Assembly: GCF_001194135.2 (NCBI RefSeq)
Contig: NC_068983.1
Coordinates: 33,223,270 to 33,287,269, forward strand
DNA from: Octopus bimaculoides
Lineage: Eukaryota
Direction: 5' to 3'
Length of the DNA stretch: 64,000 nt
Below, piece after piece: positions 1-12,763 of the stretch. A model generated the notes under the pieces. That model was not told the origin of the DNA and searched no databases. It was given only the letters and a program-made list of their open reading frames with translations. The stretch's first letter is position 1, and each line of letters starts with the position of its first letter. Position numbers and translations under genes: made by a program.

Positions 1-347
1 TCCTTTTGAGTGTTGGGTCTCACAGAGGTGAGGTAGCTGAGTTCCTTTAAGTGTTGGGCATTATGGAGGCAATGAAGGAAACATTTGGCATTATGTTGTG
101 CTTGAAAAGAAGACCCACCAAACCGAGCAAAATCAGTAGTGGCAGATACCAGTGTCATGCAAATAACACCCATGCTAGTGGCATGTAAAACCATCCACTA
201 CACTCTCGGAGTGGTTGGCATTAGGAAGGGCATCCAGCTATAGAAAACCATGCCAAATCAGACTGGAGCCTGGTGCAGCCTTCCAGCATGCCAGCCCAGT
301 CAAACTGTCTAACCCATGCCAGCATGGACAATAGATGTTAAATGATG
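1..347 (+). mobile_element. RTE-LINE 3' end / RTE-tailed SINE
   Basis: Shares the 3' sequence (gttggcattaggaagggcatccagc...gatgttaaatgatg) of the RTE copies elsewhere in the window. Confidence 0.7.
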
Positions 348-3300
348 TAAAAAAAAAAAAAATTCTGAAAGAACATGAATAACCATGATTGTACATGGTA
401 AGGGAAAGGGTCAGCATTATATGAGAAATTAAAATATGTTACTAAATTTTAGCTATAAAAAGTGAGGGTCACATTGTAAACATAAACAAGAGCATACTGT
501 GCTGGAATAAGGACTTATTTTTTTAGTCTGGAGAAAAAAACAATTTTGACACATGACTGTTTACAGGACCTCCAAGACTGACGGGAGGGGTGGGAGAGAA
601 TAAAGTATTCTGAAACTGATGACCTGATTTGAATGCTAATAACAGAGTGAACTCCATAAAAGGTACCCAAAGTGCCAGGTGGTAGTGTTAAGAGACAATG
701 TACTAAGTGTACTACCCAATTTGGTCTTAGCAGAATTTGAACTCAGAGTGTAAAGAGCTGAAACAAACACCACAAGGCATTCAACATGACATTCTTATAT
801 CATCATCAGCAGCAGCAGTAGCAACAGCACCAGCTGCAATGGGTTGGATGGTTTGACAGGATCTGATGAGTCTGAGGACGGCATTGTGCTTGAGTGTCTG
901 CTTTGGCTTGGTTTCTATAGATGGATGTTTTTTTCCAATGCTAACCACTTTACACTCGATACTGGGCACATTTTTTCATGTCACTGGTGCTAGTGAGTTT
1001 GCCATACATTATGAAATCCGAGGGGTGGGGAATAGCTTTATGCTAGGAGAAGAGGGTTAAGGTTTTTGTTGCAGAGGATATACATGGCTATTCACATTTA
1101 GGGGAGAGAGTCAGAAGTGAATCAGTTGTAGCTGTGTAGAGATAAATAATGGTGATGAGGTGTCCAGGTGATTCCTCAAGGTATGAAGTGAGCAGAAGTG
1201 AGTGAGGACAGAGAAACTACAAGTGTGAATGAGTGGGGTTTTGCAAGAGTGTATGGGGTGGGGAGAGATAGGGGAAGGGAGGTAAACAATAGCTGTATAG
1301 ATTGGGTAGAGTTGAAAGATGAGTGCAAGGAGACATAGACACAGGGGTTGGGGATGGTCAATGGTGTATGAGTTGGGGAAAGTAGGGGGATGCTACAAGA
1401 GGGCAGGGCACTCTACCAAGTGCATTTTTTTTTATTCAACTCTGAAAGGATGAAAGACAAAGTCAACCTTAGCAGGATTTGAACTCAGAATGCAGATAAC
1501 CAGGACAAATACCACAAAGCATTCTATCTGATGCTCCAATGACTCTGCCAATTCACTGCCTTTCATAATTTTTGACAAGAATCACACATTGCATGTATTG
1601 CTTAAAAAAACAAATGCCCTATCAATTACAACACAGGTAAACTGCAGTTTCCTTCACTCAAACTATGTGAATTTTTATATGGCTGTGTGTGCATGTGTCT
1701 GTATGCATATGTGTTCTCTTTACTTTTTAATTCTTTCAATTCTTCCATCCAAAAAATGACTTGTTTTGAACTAAGGGGAACAAAGCTACATTCTTAGAAT
1801 TCATTCATCAAAAACTGTATAAATTAATGTTGAAAAGTTACTGGCCTTTAAATGCTAAGCTATTCCAGTGTTGAGTCTGTACCATAGACAGAGAATATAG
1901 ATCCTTTGCTACTATGAAGAAAAATCCAGTTCAGCAGTTGGTATAGCTTTCAATCCTAAAATTCAGTGCTACACCTTCCAGGATCATTATCATTATCATC
2001 ATCATCATCATCCTTTTGTGTGTGTGTTTATGTGCAATACTTGTGTGCGCGTGTGTGTGCGTACGTGATAAAATACTTAACTCTGTTCAAGTTTTATCTT
2101 TTTTACTTTACATGTTTCCATATTTTCTTTATCAGATTTCTGCAGTTGACTTTTAATGGTTGACTTCCTAAATCCATATCCAATCTTTCTATAGGATCAT
2201 GGTCACATCATAAATTAAATTGAATATATTTGGTGTTTGTGTTGTTGTTTCCTTTAAGACCTTCCTGCCAAAGGTTTGTTGGCATTATGCCTCAGTAGTC
2301 ATTTATTGAGTCATATGTCATAGTAGTCAAATTTTGACTGCCAGGCTATTTTTTTGCATGTGACTATGTGAGTAGGCATGTATGTGTGTATTCATACATA
2401 TGCACACAACCAGATTGAATGGTGCAGCCCAGGTGTCGAAACCATAATGATATCTGTCGGGCAGCTGATGATGGAGGTATGTTGGATTGTTGGTATGGCT
2501 GTTTTTGTATATGTAGAATAGTATTATAACACATCCCTTTGATATATATGGTTTATATAACTTTTAAAAAAACAAAGTACTATACCAATTAGCCTATTCT
2601 CTATGCTGGCATGAGTTAGAGGGTTTGACAGGAGTTGACCAGACTCCATTTTGTTTGTTTGCTATGGTTTCTATGGCTGGATGCCCTTCCCAATGCCAAC
2701 CACTTTACAATGTGTACTGGGTGCTTTTAATGTGACACTGGAACAGGTACTTTTACATGGTACAAGTACCCATGGACCAGCAAAACTAGGACCATTCAGC
2801 TAAGTGAGGGACATAGAGCACATGCCTGAATGTATGGGTGGCCATGATTTTGCTTAGTTTGACATGTCTTCTCAAGCACAGCAAACCACCAGAAGTTTCG
2901 GTCCCTTGTCAGCTCCTCTGTGAGGCCCAGAATAATGGGCTTCACATAATTATAATTAATTATGCAGTACTTATACTACTGGCAAACAGTGACCAGCAAG
3001 TTCCACATGACACCTATGTACAACACGATGGGCAGGGTTGGAGATAGCTGGATGCTTGATCTTTTGGACTGTTAGTATAACACCCAATCAACCCGAGTAT
3101 GCACATGTATGTGGTTCTATTAAGAGCACAGTAGGTACCAGATGTTTCAGTTTTTGGTCAATGAACTAGAACTGAGTCACCTATGTTATCGTTAAAAACA
3201 ACTACATCCATGATCCATTTGTTTAATAAAATATGGCAGAGAAGAAAATTAAAGGACAAAAGCAAAATGAAGCAAAACATAGATTTTCATCATTGATGCA

Positions 3301-4399
3301 TCATAGTTATAAAAACAAGTTGTAGTTTTTATTTTATAACAGTTGATGCATCTCTCCCTTTATGTTTTAAATTGCTTCCTTTATGCTGGTCTCCAGCTAT
3401 TGCAGAGTGCACTGGCTCATGTGATAACGAAAAATTAATAAATAAATTACTAAGACAGAAAATTTTCCAATCAGATTTCCATCATTGATGTGTCTAGTTA
3501 TAAAAAGCAGGCACTCAAGTACAGCATTCCAGGAAATTTCTGAAATATTTCACTTCTGAATTTGATTGATTATTTCAGGGAAGAAGCTTTTGAAAAATTT
3601 ACTGTCAATATTCCCAATGCAATACTTACTCACCAGTTTTGTAAGTCAGAAATTTCTAAAATGGGAATCTATACATTAACTTCCACCTCACCATTTACTA
3701 AACAAACGAATAGTTAATAAAACTCTATCTTTGTATTGTGTTCGAAATGAAATACTCAAAATAATGTAGTTACAGGCATGGCTGTATGCTTGAGAAAATT
3801 ACTTTGCAACAGCATGGTTTCTGGTTCAATCCCACTGTGTGACACTTTGGGCATTTGCCTTCTATTGGAGCCCTGGGCTAACCAATTGACTAATGTCTTG
3901 TGAATGAATTTGGTAGATAGAAACTGAAATGAGACTGTTGCATACGTGCATGCATGTGTGTGTGTGTGTGTGTGAGAGAGAGTGTGTGTGTGTATGCATG
4001 TGTGTATGAATGCATGTATATGTGTATGTATGTATGTGTTTGCATGTACACTAATGTTGACATCATGTCACTGTCAAAAACATTATGTTGTTTGTTTCTA
4101 GAGAAAACATGTCTGGTTATGGTAAATATTACATTGCATGGACAAAGGTGAGGCTTGATAACATGAAGAGTATCTGGTTGTGGACAATCTGCTTCAACAA
4201 ATTCTGTCCAACACATGCAAGCATAGAAAAGTGGATGTTAAGTTATAATGATGATGAGGATGATGCCCTCTGCCATCCTCTTAAATTTCTCTCTCTCTCT
4301 CTCCTTTCTCTCTGTTAGTATGCTACCTTAAAACAATGTGTAATGAGGATCTATGCAGTAGTGGCTTCCATAATCAGAGTTTCCACACACACACACACA

Positions 4400-6610
4400 C
4401 ACACACAATCATCATCATCATCAACATTTAACGTGTTGTCCATGCTGGCATGAGTTGGATGGTTTGACCAGGGCTGGTAAGCTGGGGAGCTGCACAGATT
4501 CCAGTCTGATTTGGCATGGTTTTCTATAGCTGGATGCCCTTCTTAACGCCAACCACTCTGAGAGTATAATGGGTGCTTTTATATGCCACTGGCACTGGTG
4601 CCATTGGCATGGGTGCAAATTTCCGTGACACTGGTATCTGCCACAACTGTGATTTTGACAAGTCTTCTTCTCAAGCACAACATAATGACAAAGGTCTTGG
4701 TCATTGCCTCCATGAGGCCCAACACTTGAAAGGAACTCAACCATTTTGCCTCTGTGAGGCCTAACGCTCAAAAGGAACTCAGTCGTTTTGCCTACGTGAG
4801 GCCCAGCATTCAAGAGATGTTTTTATGTGCTACCAGCATAGGTGCACTTGACTTGATGGGTCCTCTCAAGCACAGCACATCACCAAAGCTCTTGGTTACT
4901 AGTCATTGTCTCCGTGAGGCTCTAAGTTTGAAGATCATGTTTCACCACCTCATTCCATGTCTTCCTGGGTCTACCTCTACCACAGTTAGAGATTGGCACT
5001 TCTTTACACAGCTGTCCTTGTCCATACACATCACATGACCATACCAATGCAGTTGTCTCTCTTGCACACCACATCTGATTCCTCTTATGCCTAACTTTTC
5101 TCTCAAGATACTTACAGTCTGTTGAATATGCAAGCTGACATTGCACATCCAGCAAAACATACTGGATTCATTTCTTTCAAGCCTAAGCCTGGCCTTGGCT
5201 GTCACAGCCTATGTTTCACTACCATGCAGCATAGCTGTTCACACACAGACATCAAACAATCTGCCTTTCATGCTGAGGGTGAGGCCATTTGTTGCCAGCA
5301 GGGGTAGGAGCTCTCTGAACTTTGCCCAGCTTAATCTTATTCTCACAGCTACACTCTAGGAGCATCTAACTTCACTACTAACCTGGTCACTGGAAGCTAT
5401 CTACTACCTCTAGCTCGCCCCCCCCACCCTGGCAGTTGATGGAGTGTATTTTCTGTGCATTTTCAGTGTTTATTGAACCTGTGCACCTTCTACATACAAA
5501 CGTTAGTTTTCCTGTTAACCTTCCTCTGATATTACTGCACCTTTTATGTGTCCAAAGCTTACACTGGGTGCATCTTATGGAGTTTCTACTTACACCATTT
5601 GTACAGATTGAGCAGGGTCATCTACCTGAAGTGATTTGTGATTTGTTTGCCTTCCTACTGACTGAGACTATGGATTTTGCTAGGTTGGCTCTAAGGCCCT
5701 TTTATTCTAGATCTTGCTTCCATACCCAGAACTTCTTCTCTAGTTCAGGTATAAGAGCAAGGTCACCAGCATAGAGAAGTTCCCAGAGGCAGCCTGTCTT
5801 GAATTTCTTTGTTATTGCCTGATGGACTATTATGAACAAGAGAGGGGTGAGTACTGGTCCTTGGTGAACCTCCTACATGTACCCTGAATTCTTCACTATA
5901 CACATTGCCCACCTTCACCTTACTGGTAGCATCCCTGTACAAAGCTTAACAGCTCATCTATCTCTAGTTTCCACATTGACCACCAGGTAAGGGATCAAGG
6001 GACTGTCAAAAGCTTTCTCCAAGTCAACAAAAGCCAAATACAAAGGTTTATCTTTGGCTAGGTAATTCTTGTGCAGTTGCCTTACCAGAAATATAGCACC
6101 AGTGTTACTTCTACCAGGCACAAAACCAAGCTGCATCTCATCTAGACTAACTCTCTCCCTAATTAGTTGGGTTATGACTCTCGCCACAACTTTCATCACC
6201 TGATCCAACAATTTCATACTTCTGTAATTATTTCTATCTAAGTATCACTTTTACCTTTGTAGCAGTTGACTATAGTGCTGCTTCACCAGTCATTAGGTAT
6301 GACTCCTTCATGAACTGCTTGATTTACAATATGGGTGACTAAACCATAACCCACACTGCCAGATATTTTAAGCATCTCAGTAGTAATTCCTGATGGGCAG
6401 GGGGCTTTCGCTGTCTTCATATCCCTAATTGCATTATCTACCAGAGTACTGTCGATTCGGGTAGCTGGTCCCTCAAATGGGTCAACATTTGGCAGACTCT
6501 TCACCTCCCATTCATACTCCACATTCAGCAGTCTTTCATAATAGCATCTCCAAGTTTCTTTCTTTGCAGACTCATTAAAAGCAAGAGCACCATCATCCAT
6601 GCAGACACAT
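4400..6610 (-). mobile_element. 5'-truncated, degenerate RTE-clade LINE (RT region, C-terminus, 3' UTR, (CAT)n tail)
   Basis: Fragments EMQLGFVPGRS...AIFLVRQL...LYLAFVDLEKAFD, RLERNESSMFCWMC...GVQERQLHWYGHV and GRGRPRKTW, with stops and frameshifts. Confidence 0.9.
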
Positions 6611-7344
6611 TTCTCTCATTGTGGACAAGAAATGGAAGAAGAAATGGCTAGCTTTGCCACTGGAAAACTGAAATAGCAGTGAAGGACAATAGTGAGGCAA
6701 AAATGATAGAAACACATGAGTATTTATAGGGGTATGATCCTAGAAGTTATTAGAAAAAGTAACGAGTTACAGGTTACAAAGTTAATTTAACTCAAGAACA
6801 TTAGTATGTAATATATGTTAAATGAATGAAAAAAGATGAACGATTAAAAACTAGAGAAGTTTCTTAGCTTAGCAGCTGGAAACACACACATATATATATA
6901 TGACAATATATATACCTCTTAAAGGGATGTTAGCATCTAAATTCCCCAGTTTAATCCAGTGCATCAGTGAAATACTAAAATAATGTTAGCTTCTCATTGA
7001 TGCAGATGGGTATATTATCATTTATGTAACAGAAAGGAAAATGGAGAAATCGACAGATACAGATAGACATCAATTTATTAAAATAACTCCAATTTTAAAC
7101 AACATTGATTTCTTATAATCTACAATTGCTTCTATATTCAATTAATTCAAATTACAAATAATTAAATTATCGATGCATTTTGAATATAGTAAATTGAATA
7201 TTTCATCAAGGTTAGAAATCTACATAAAAAGGAATCATATCCCAATGGATTGAAGGATCATTGGTAGACTTAGCATATCAACATACATTATGAGCGTGTG
7301 TGCATGTTAATTTTTTTTTTAAAAGAACGTTACTGTGTATATAT

Positions 7345-7653
7345 GTGGAGGCGCAATGGCCCAGTGGTTAGGGCAGCGGACATAGGATCGCGGTTTCGAT
7401 TCCCAGACCGGGCGTTGTGAGTGTTTATTGAGTGAAAACACCTAAAGCTCCACGAGGCTCCGGCAGGGGATGGTGGCGAACCCTTCTGTACTCTTTCACC
7501 ACAACTTTCTCTCACTCTTTCTTCCTGTTTCTGTTGTACCTGTATTTCAAAGGGCCAGCCTTGTCATACTGTGTCACGCTGAATATCCCCGAGAACTACA
7601 TTAAGGGTACACGTGTCTGTGGAATGCTCAGCCACTTGCACGTTAATTTCACA
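7345..7653 (+). mobile_element. tRNA-derived SINE (Octopus OR/Ceph-type, inferred)
   Basis: A-box TGGCCCAGTGG and B-box GTTTCGATTCC followed by a non-tRNA body; runs into an N-gap. Confidence 0.7.
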
Positions 7654-8289
7654 NNNNNNNNNNNNNNNNNNNNNNNNNNNNNNNNNNNNNNNNNNNNNNN
7701 NNNNNNNNNNNNNNNNNNNNNNNNNNNNNNNNNNNNNNNNNNNNNNNNNNNNNNNAGATATTTGTGTGTGTGTGTGTGTGTGTGTGCATGTTAATATATT
7801 TGGAAAACAAAAAAAAAACCCATTAGATTTGCATAAACAATACTTTCAGATATAGTTAGTGGTAATTAAATCTATTTATTCTTAAATATTCATTATTATT
7901 GATGAGAGTATGAATGATAGTATAGCTTAATTAGTTAATTAAGAATTATTTTCCAAGTTATTTAGTCATAACTGCTAATTTTAACAATTAATTACTAAAT
8001 TTTTTAATTAATAGAGTTTATACTATTAATCATAGTTATTGTTTACTGTGTATCACATAACTATGATGGATTTAATCTGCTTACTGCATTCAGTAGCTGT
8101 ATTTTAATAATAAGAGAATACTAAAGGATAATATTTGAGGAATATATTAATACTTACAAAATTATATCTATTAACTGATTAATATATACTTTATTTCATT
8201 CTAATATTAATTCTTATTTTAATTATAATTTTAATTTTTAAAAAAATGCTTACTTATATCTATTAGATAATCAATTTATAATTTCAGTA

Positions 8290-9600
8290 ACTTTTTAATT
8301 CAAGTGAAATTTTTAAACACAAATTTGTTGGTGTGTACACAGGATAACCCTCCCTCACTCTTACTATTAAGAAGTTTATGTTTAGAAGTTAAAATTTGAA
8401 AAATTTCACCAATGCAAAGATCACAACAAATATTTCCAATTTCATAGGAATTGGCACGGCTTATGATTTCTCACTTTAGGTTACATATTTTATTTTTGTC
8501 CTTTAAGTCCCAAATAAATTTGCTTAGACTGGTATGAGGTGGTTTGTTTCTGTTTTTAAATGTGCATTCATGGTTGGCTATTCACTTTTTAATATAATTT
8601 TTCCTGGATCCTATGTAAAAATAGTTTTTACCCTCAGATTTCACTTTACATCTATACACTACATTTTTTGCTTGCAACAATTTTTAAGCAAACAGTTATC
8701 TTTAATTTTGAAATCACAATATATATTTTTATCTTTCTTTTTATTTTTTTTATAGAATTGCATTCAGTATTGTTATTGCTTACAGCATTAGTTTTTTGGT
8801 TAAGATGGGATAGAATGAGGGTTATTTCCCTTTGTACTTTAGAGGGTTTATTAGCACATTCATTATACTCAGAATCATTTATGGTATCCTGTACTGTAGC
8901 TGTACTAAAATTCGTTAACTTTTTATTGTTAAGTGATGATATAATCTGGGAAACATTAGTTGAGACAGAAAATCCAATACAGAGTTTACTGGGTTAATCA
9001 TAATACTTACTTTCCTTAGTAAAGTGTTTTGAAAATAGTTTATAAAGAGATTTAACCAAGTTACTTTTAATTTGGTTATTGAATGGAATAATTAACCATA
9101 TAAGATTGTGCTTATTAGAGGTTCCAATACAATTATCCAATTGCGAATCAATTTTACTTATATATAGGGTATGTCATTTAATTTCATTTTTATTTTCATG
9201 AATATCATTAGATGAATGAAGCAATAAATTGGTCTTCATATGTTGGATATCATTGTTATTTAATGTATATTTATTTTCATTTTTACCCTTATTTCTATTC
9301 TTTCTAAACTTTAAAAAATTCCCGTTACTATCTGTTATTCCTATCACTGTAGTGTATACTTGGTGCATAACCTCTGCGTATATCTTGCCCTACTGAGCGC
9401 TATGTTGTAATAGTTCATGTTTTTGTTGAAAAGTTTCTTGTCTGATGATAAATTTGAGATTCTTCTACATATATTGTAAGCCATAGAATTTGTGATAGAT
9501 ATAGGATGATTACTTCTGATATATGTTTAAGGTTGGTGTTAGGTTTATGGAATGTTTTATGGTTTCCAGTAACAAGGTTAAGGTTTACATCTAAGAACTT
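8290..9600 (-). mobile_element. Degenerate Penelope-like element (GIY-YIG endonuclease region)
   Basis: Manual translation gives NVVYRCKV...YFYIGS...SLSKFIWDLK...CDLCIGE...LLNSKSE...CVHTNKF, with stops. Confidence 0.75.
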
Positions 9601-9646
9601 ATGTTAATAAATAGATGTCTATTTATTGATTTTTCCATTTTCTTTT

Positions 9647-9683
<37 letters not shown>

Positions 9684-10065
9684 TATCCTCATCATCAATT
9701 AGAATCTGTTTTCCAAGCTGGTATGGGTTAGACAGTTTGAGTGAAACTAGCAAGTCAGAAAGCTGTACTAGGCTCCGGTCTTGTTTGGCTTGGTTTCTAT
9801 GGCTGATTGCCCTTCCTTACACCAATCACACAAAGAGTGTAGTGTGTGCTTTTTACATGTCACCAGCAAAGGTGTTTTTCTTATATGCCACTAGCACTGG
9901 CCATGATATATATATTTATATATAAATATATATATATAAAACAATCCCTGTATGTGTTGTTGGTTGAATTGGTTATATTCTTCCTCCTCTACCTTCAAAT
10001 TAATTACCTTTTGATAATGTAAAACAGAAAACAGGAAGCTTAACAAGAGATACACCATTACATAC

Positions 10066-10124
10066 CATTATTACATCCAGATTCCAGTATAGGATCTGGT
10101 TGTATAAACTTGAAATTCTGAATC
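10066..10124 (-). CDS. WDR93: WDR93-like exon 8 (59 nt); gene continues beyond it
   Basis: Acceptor cttattttctag, donor ATG|gtatgt. Phase 2 to 1: RIQNFKFIQPDPILESGCNN (cf. TFYFLLPS). Confidence 0.72.
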
Positions 10125-10271
10125 CTAGAAAATAAGAAATCAGAAAATGGAAATTAATAATGGCAGAATTGCAATAAATATATTGGTTTCAAATTTTGGC
10201 ACAATGCCAGCAATTTCAGGGGATGGGATAAGTCAGTTACATTGATCCCAGTGCTCAACTGATATTTATTT

Positions 10272-10606
10272 CAGTTCTATATTTAAGAGATGAGGAATTA
10301 TGTACATTATTTACATTCGACGGATATTTGTCCTCATCGTAACCACTACGTCATATGCCCGTGGGCATATGGCATAGTGGTTAAGAGAGCGGGCTACTAA
10401 CCCCAAGATTCCAAGTTCAATTCCAAGCAGTGACCTGAAAAATAATAATAATAATAACAACATCGAAGAATACCTTAGGAATGAGAACCCAGGTTCGAAA
10501 TTTCCCCCAAGACACCTGAAGAAAATGGAGTGTATATCAGCCGAAACGTGTTAACAACAAACAATATGAGGACAAATATCCGTCGAATGTAAATAATGTA
10601 AATAAT
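10272..10606 (+). mobile_element. tRNA-headed SINE with hammerhead-like tail and inverted terminal duplication, flanked by an 11-bp TSD
   Basis: A-box 10370-10380; B-box 10415-10424; GACAC-CTGAAGA...GCC-GAAA-CG at 10511-10552; perfect 35-bp inverted repeat (about 10303-10337 vs 10566-10600); gatatttattt at 10261-10271 and 10607-10617. Confidence 0.75.
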
Positions 10607-11369
10607 GATATTTATTTTATTGACAATCCGAGAAGATGAACGGCAAAGTAGACTTCAGCAGAATTTGAACTCTGAATGTAAAGACAGAAGAAGTGCTGTT
10701 AGGCATTTTGCCCAGCATGCTAATGCTTCTGTCAGCTTGCTGCCTTAACTATTTAAGTTTAACTCAGATGTGATCCAGACTTATGTAAGCCAGGTACTCC
10801 ATTATGACCATCCCATCTTTCTCACAAGTGCAGTGCAACAAGGACTACACTACTAATGTGTATTTCTTTTTTATTTCTATTACAATGGGGTGTGAACTGA
10901 GAAATATTTGACTTCTATATCAACAAGGATCTTATCTTGCAAGCTACTTGGTTATCTCACTTGTACTAAAAAGCCCCTAATGCACTCTGTGTAGCGGTTA
11001 GCATTAAGAAGGGCATCCAGCCATAGAAACCTTGTCAAAACAGACATTGGTGCTTGATGCAGTTCAATGACCAATCAGATCCTGTGAAACTTACCACAAT
11101 ATGACAGTATGGAATATGGATGCTAAATGATGATGATGACAATTTACCACATTGAATGACCACATGGAGGCTCCCTTTTTGGCACAACCTATATATTTAT
11201 GAATTTGCATGGTTTACATGATTTATTTACCCACTTCAATCATTAGATTGTGGCAATGCTGGAGCAATGCCTTCAAGAATCTTAGCTCATCATATTGGCT
11301 TTGGCTCTTATTCTAATCATAAAATTATTTTTTGTGAGTGGATTTGGTAGACAGAAACAGAAACAAGCA

Positions 11370-11625
11370 GCAAGCTGGCAGAATCGTTAGCACGCCGGGC
11401 AAAACGTTTAGCGGTATTTCGTCTGCTGCTACATTCGGAGTTCAAATTCTGCCGAGGTCGACTTTGCCTTTCATTCTTTTGGGGTTGATTAAATAAGTAC
11501 CAGTCATGCACTGGGGTCGATATAATTGAATTAATCTGTTTGTCTGTCCTTGTTTGTCTCCTCTGTGTGTAGCCCCTTCTGGGCAGTAAATAATAAGAAA
11601 TAGGAAACTGAAACAAACCCACCGT
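11370..11625 (+). mobile_element. Abundant tRNA-derived SINE (Meta-domain-like core)
   Basis: agctggcagaatcgttagc...gagttcaaattc...ggtcgactttgcctttcatt...aagtaccagt. Further copies near 650-780(-), 1430-1560(-), 10190-10745(-, split), 23650(+), 28365(+), 30650(+), 36430(-), 42780(-), 47510(-), 54930-55900(-, three) and 60030(+). Confidence 0.8.
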
Positions 11626-11879
11626 ATATGTGTGTATATGCATGTTGTACATATGTATTGCTGACTTAACAATGGGCTGCTAGAAGCACAAATATGCAAA
11701 TTAAGCCATCTGGTTGCTTGCAATACTAACTTCAGGAAACCTGCCAGTCACCTAGTCACCTACCATTCTGGCAGACACACTAGCCAAATTCACTACATCC
11801 TCACCAGAAAAGGGAAAGATGGCTGCTTATAAATGCCAAAACCTTCCCAGGCGAAGAACGTACCCCTCAACATAGACTA

Positions 11880-12290
11880 GTAGTTAGTTAGCGACTTCAG
11901 GATTGGGGTTAAATGGATGCCTGGTAGATGACCAGCATGGAGGAGAAGGGTCTGGAAGCTTAAAGATCCTACAAATGGACAGAGATTTAGAGACATATTA
12001 CTCGAAGCCTTTGACAAAATTGAAGGGGATAAAGCTTCACACAATATGGAAGACAACAGGAGCTTTCTATGGGACAACATACTGAGGGCTGCTGACCAGA
12101 TCTGTGGATAGTGCAAAGTCCCCTTTCAACCCAAAATAACATGGTGGTGGAACAATGTTGTTGACAGGGCTATTTGAAAAAACAAACAGGCTTGGAAAGA
12201 CTAGAAGAATGGTGGTATCAAGGAATTGTATCAGACTGCCAGAAGGGAAGCTAGGAGACAGGTTTATTTAGCCAGAGGGGAAGCAGATTA
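11880..12290 (+). mobile_element. RTE-LINE internal fragment (endonuclease-RT linker)
   Basis: Translates to KITWWWNNVVDRAI...KELYQTARREARRQVYLARGEA, with stops. Confidence 0.7.
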
Positions 12291-12444
12291 GAAAAAATTC
12301 AATTTCAATTTAAATATGTGCTAATTAATAGCCTAAGATAAACATGGTAGATGTTAAAATACCACATTATTTAAGTTTGTTACTTTTTAAAATATTTAAA
12401 AGTGCGAGTAGAACAGTGTACACACAAAACTCTANNNNNNNNNN

Positions 12445-12488
<44 letters not shown>

Positions 12489-12599
12489 ACATGCACACAC
12501 AGACACAGACACACACACACACAAACTCTCGCACACATGCATGCACACACACACACACATACACACACACAAACATACACATTCATACAAGGTATGATT

Positions 12600-12763
12600 A
12601 AAGGGGAGTTCCAGAAATTGCTTCCATTAATGGAAATGATGGTGGATAAATTGTATGGTTTCTGAAGGGGACTACTTTGAAGGAGATTAAATGCTGAATT
12701 GAAACACATTGTAGTTTTCTTGTTATAGCAACAGTCTCGATGCTTTTTGATTAGACATCATCT
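12600..12763 (+). mobile_element. Mariner-type transposon 3' terminus
   Basis: gaaggggactactttgaaggagattaa...gtctcgatgctttttgattagac resembles a mariner end: transposase C-terminus (GDYFEGD*) plus TIR. Confidence 0.5.

Noticed and set aside
2433-2476. GAAA...CTGATGA arrangement suggesting a type II hammerhead
   Set aside because: Stems I, II and III cannot be paired.
7860-9600. Very AT-rich block that at first resembled a mitochondrial insertion (NUMT)
   Set aside because: The minus strand translates to Penelope GIY-YIG motifs; no mitochondrial gene was recognised.
10363-10430. A/B boxes as a real tRNA gene (also at 7345-7410)
   Set aside because: No complete cloverleaf or oligo-T terminator; followed by SINE bodies.
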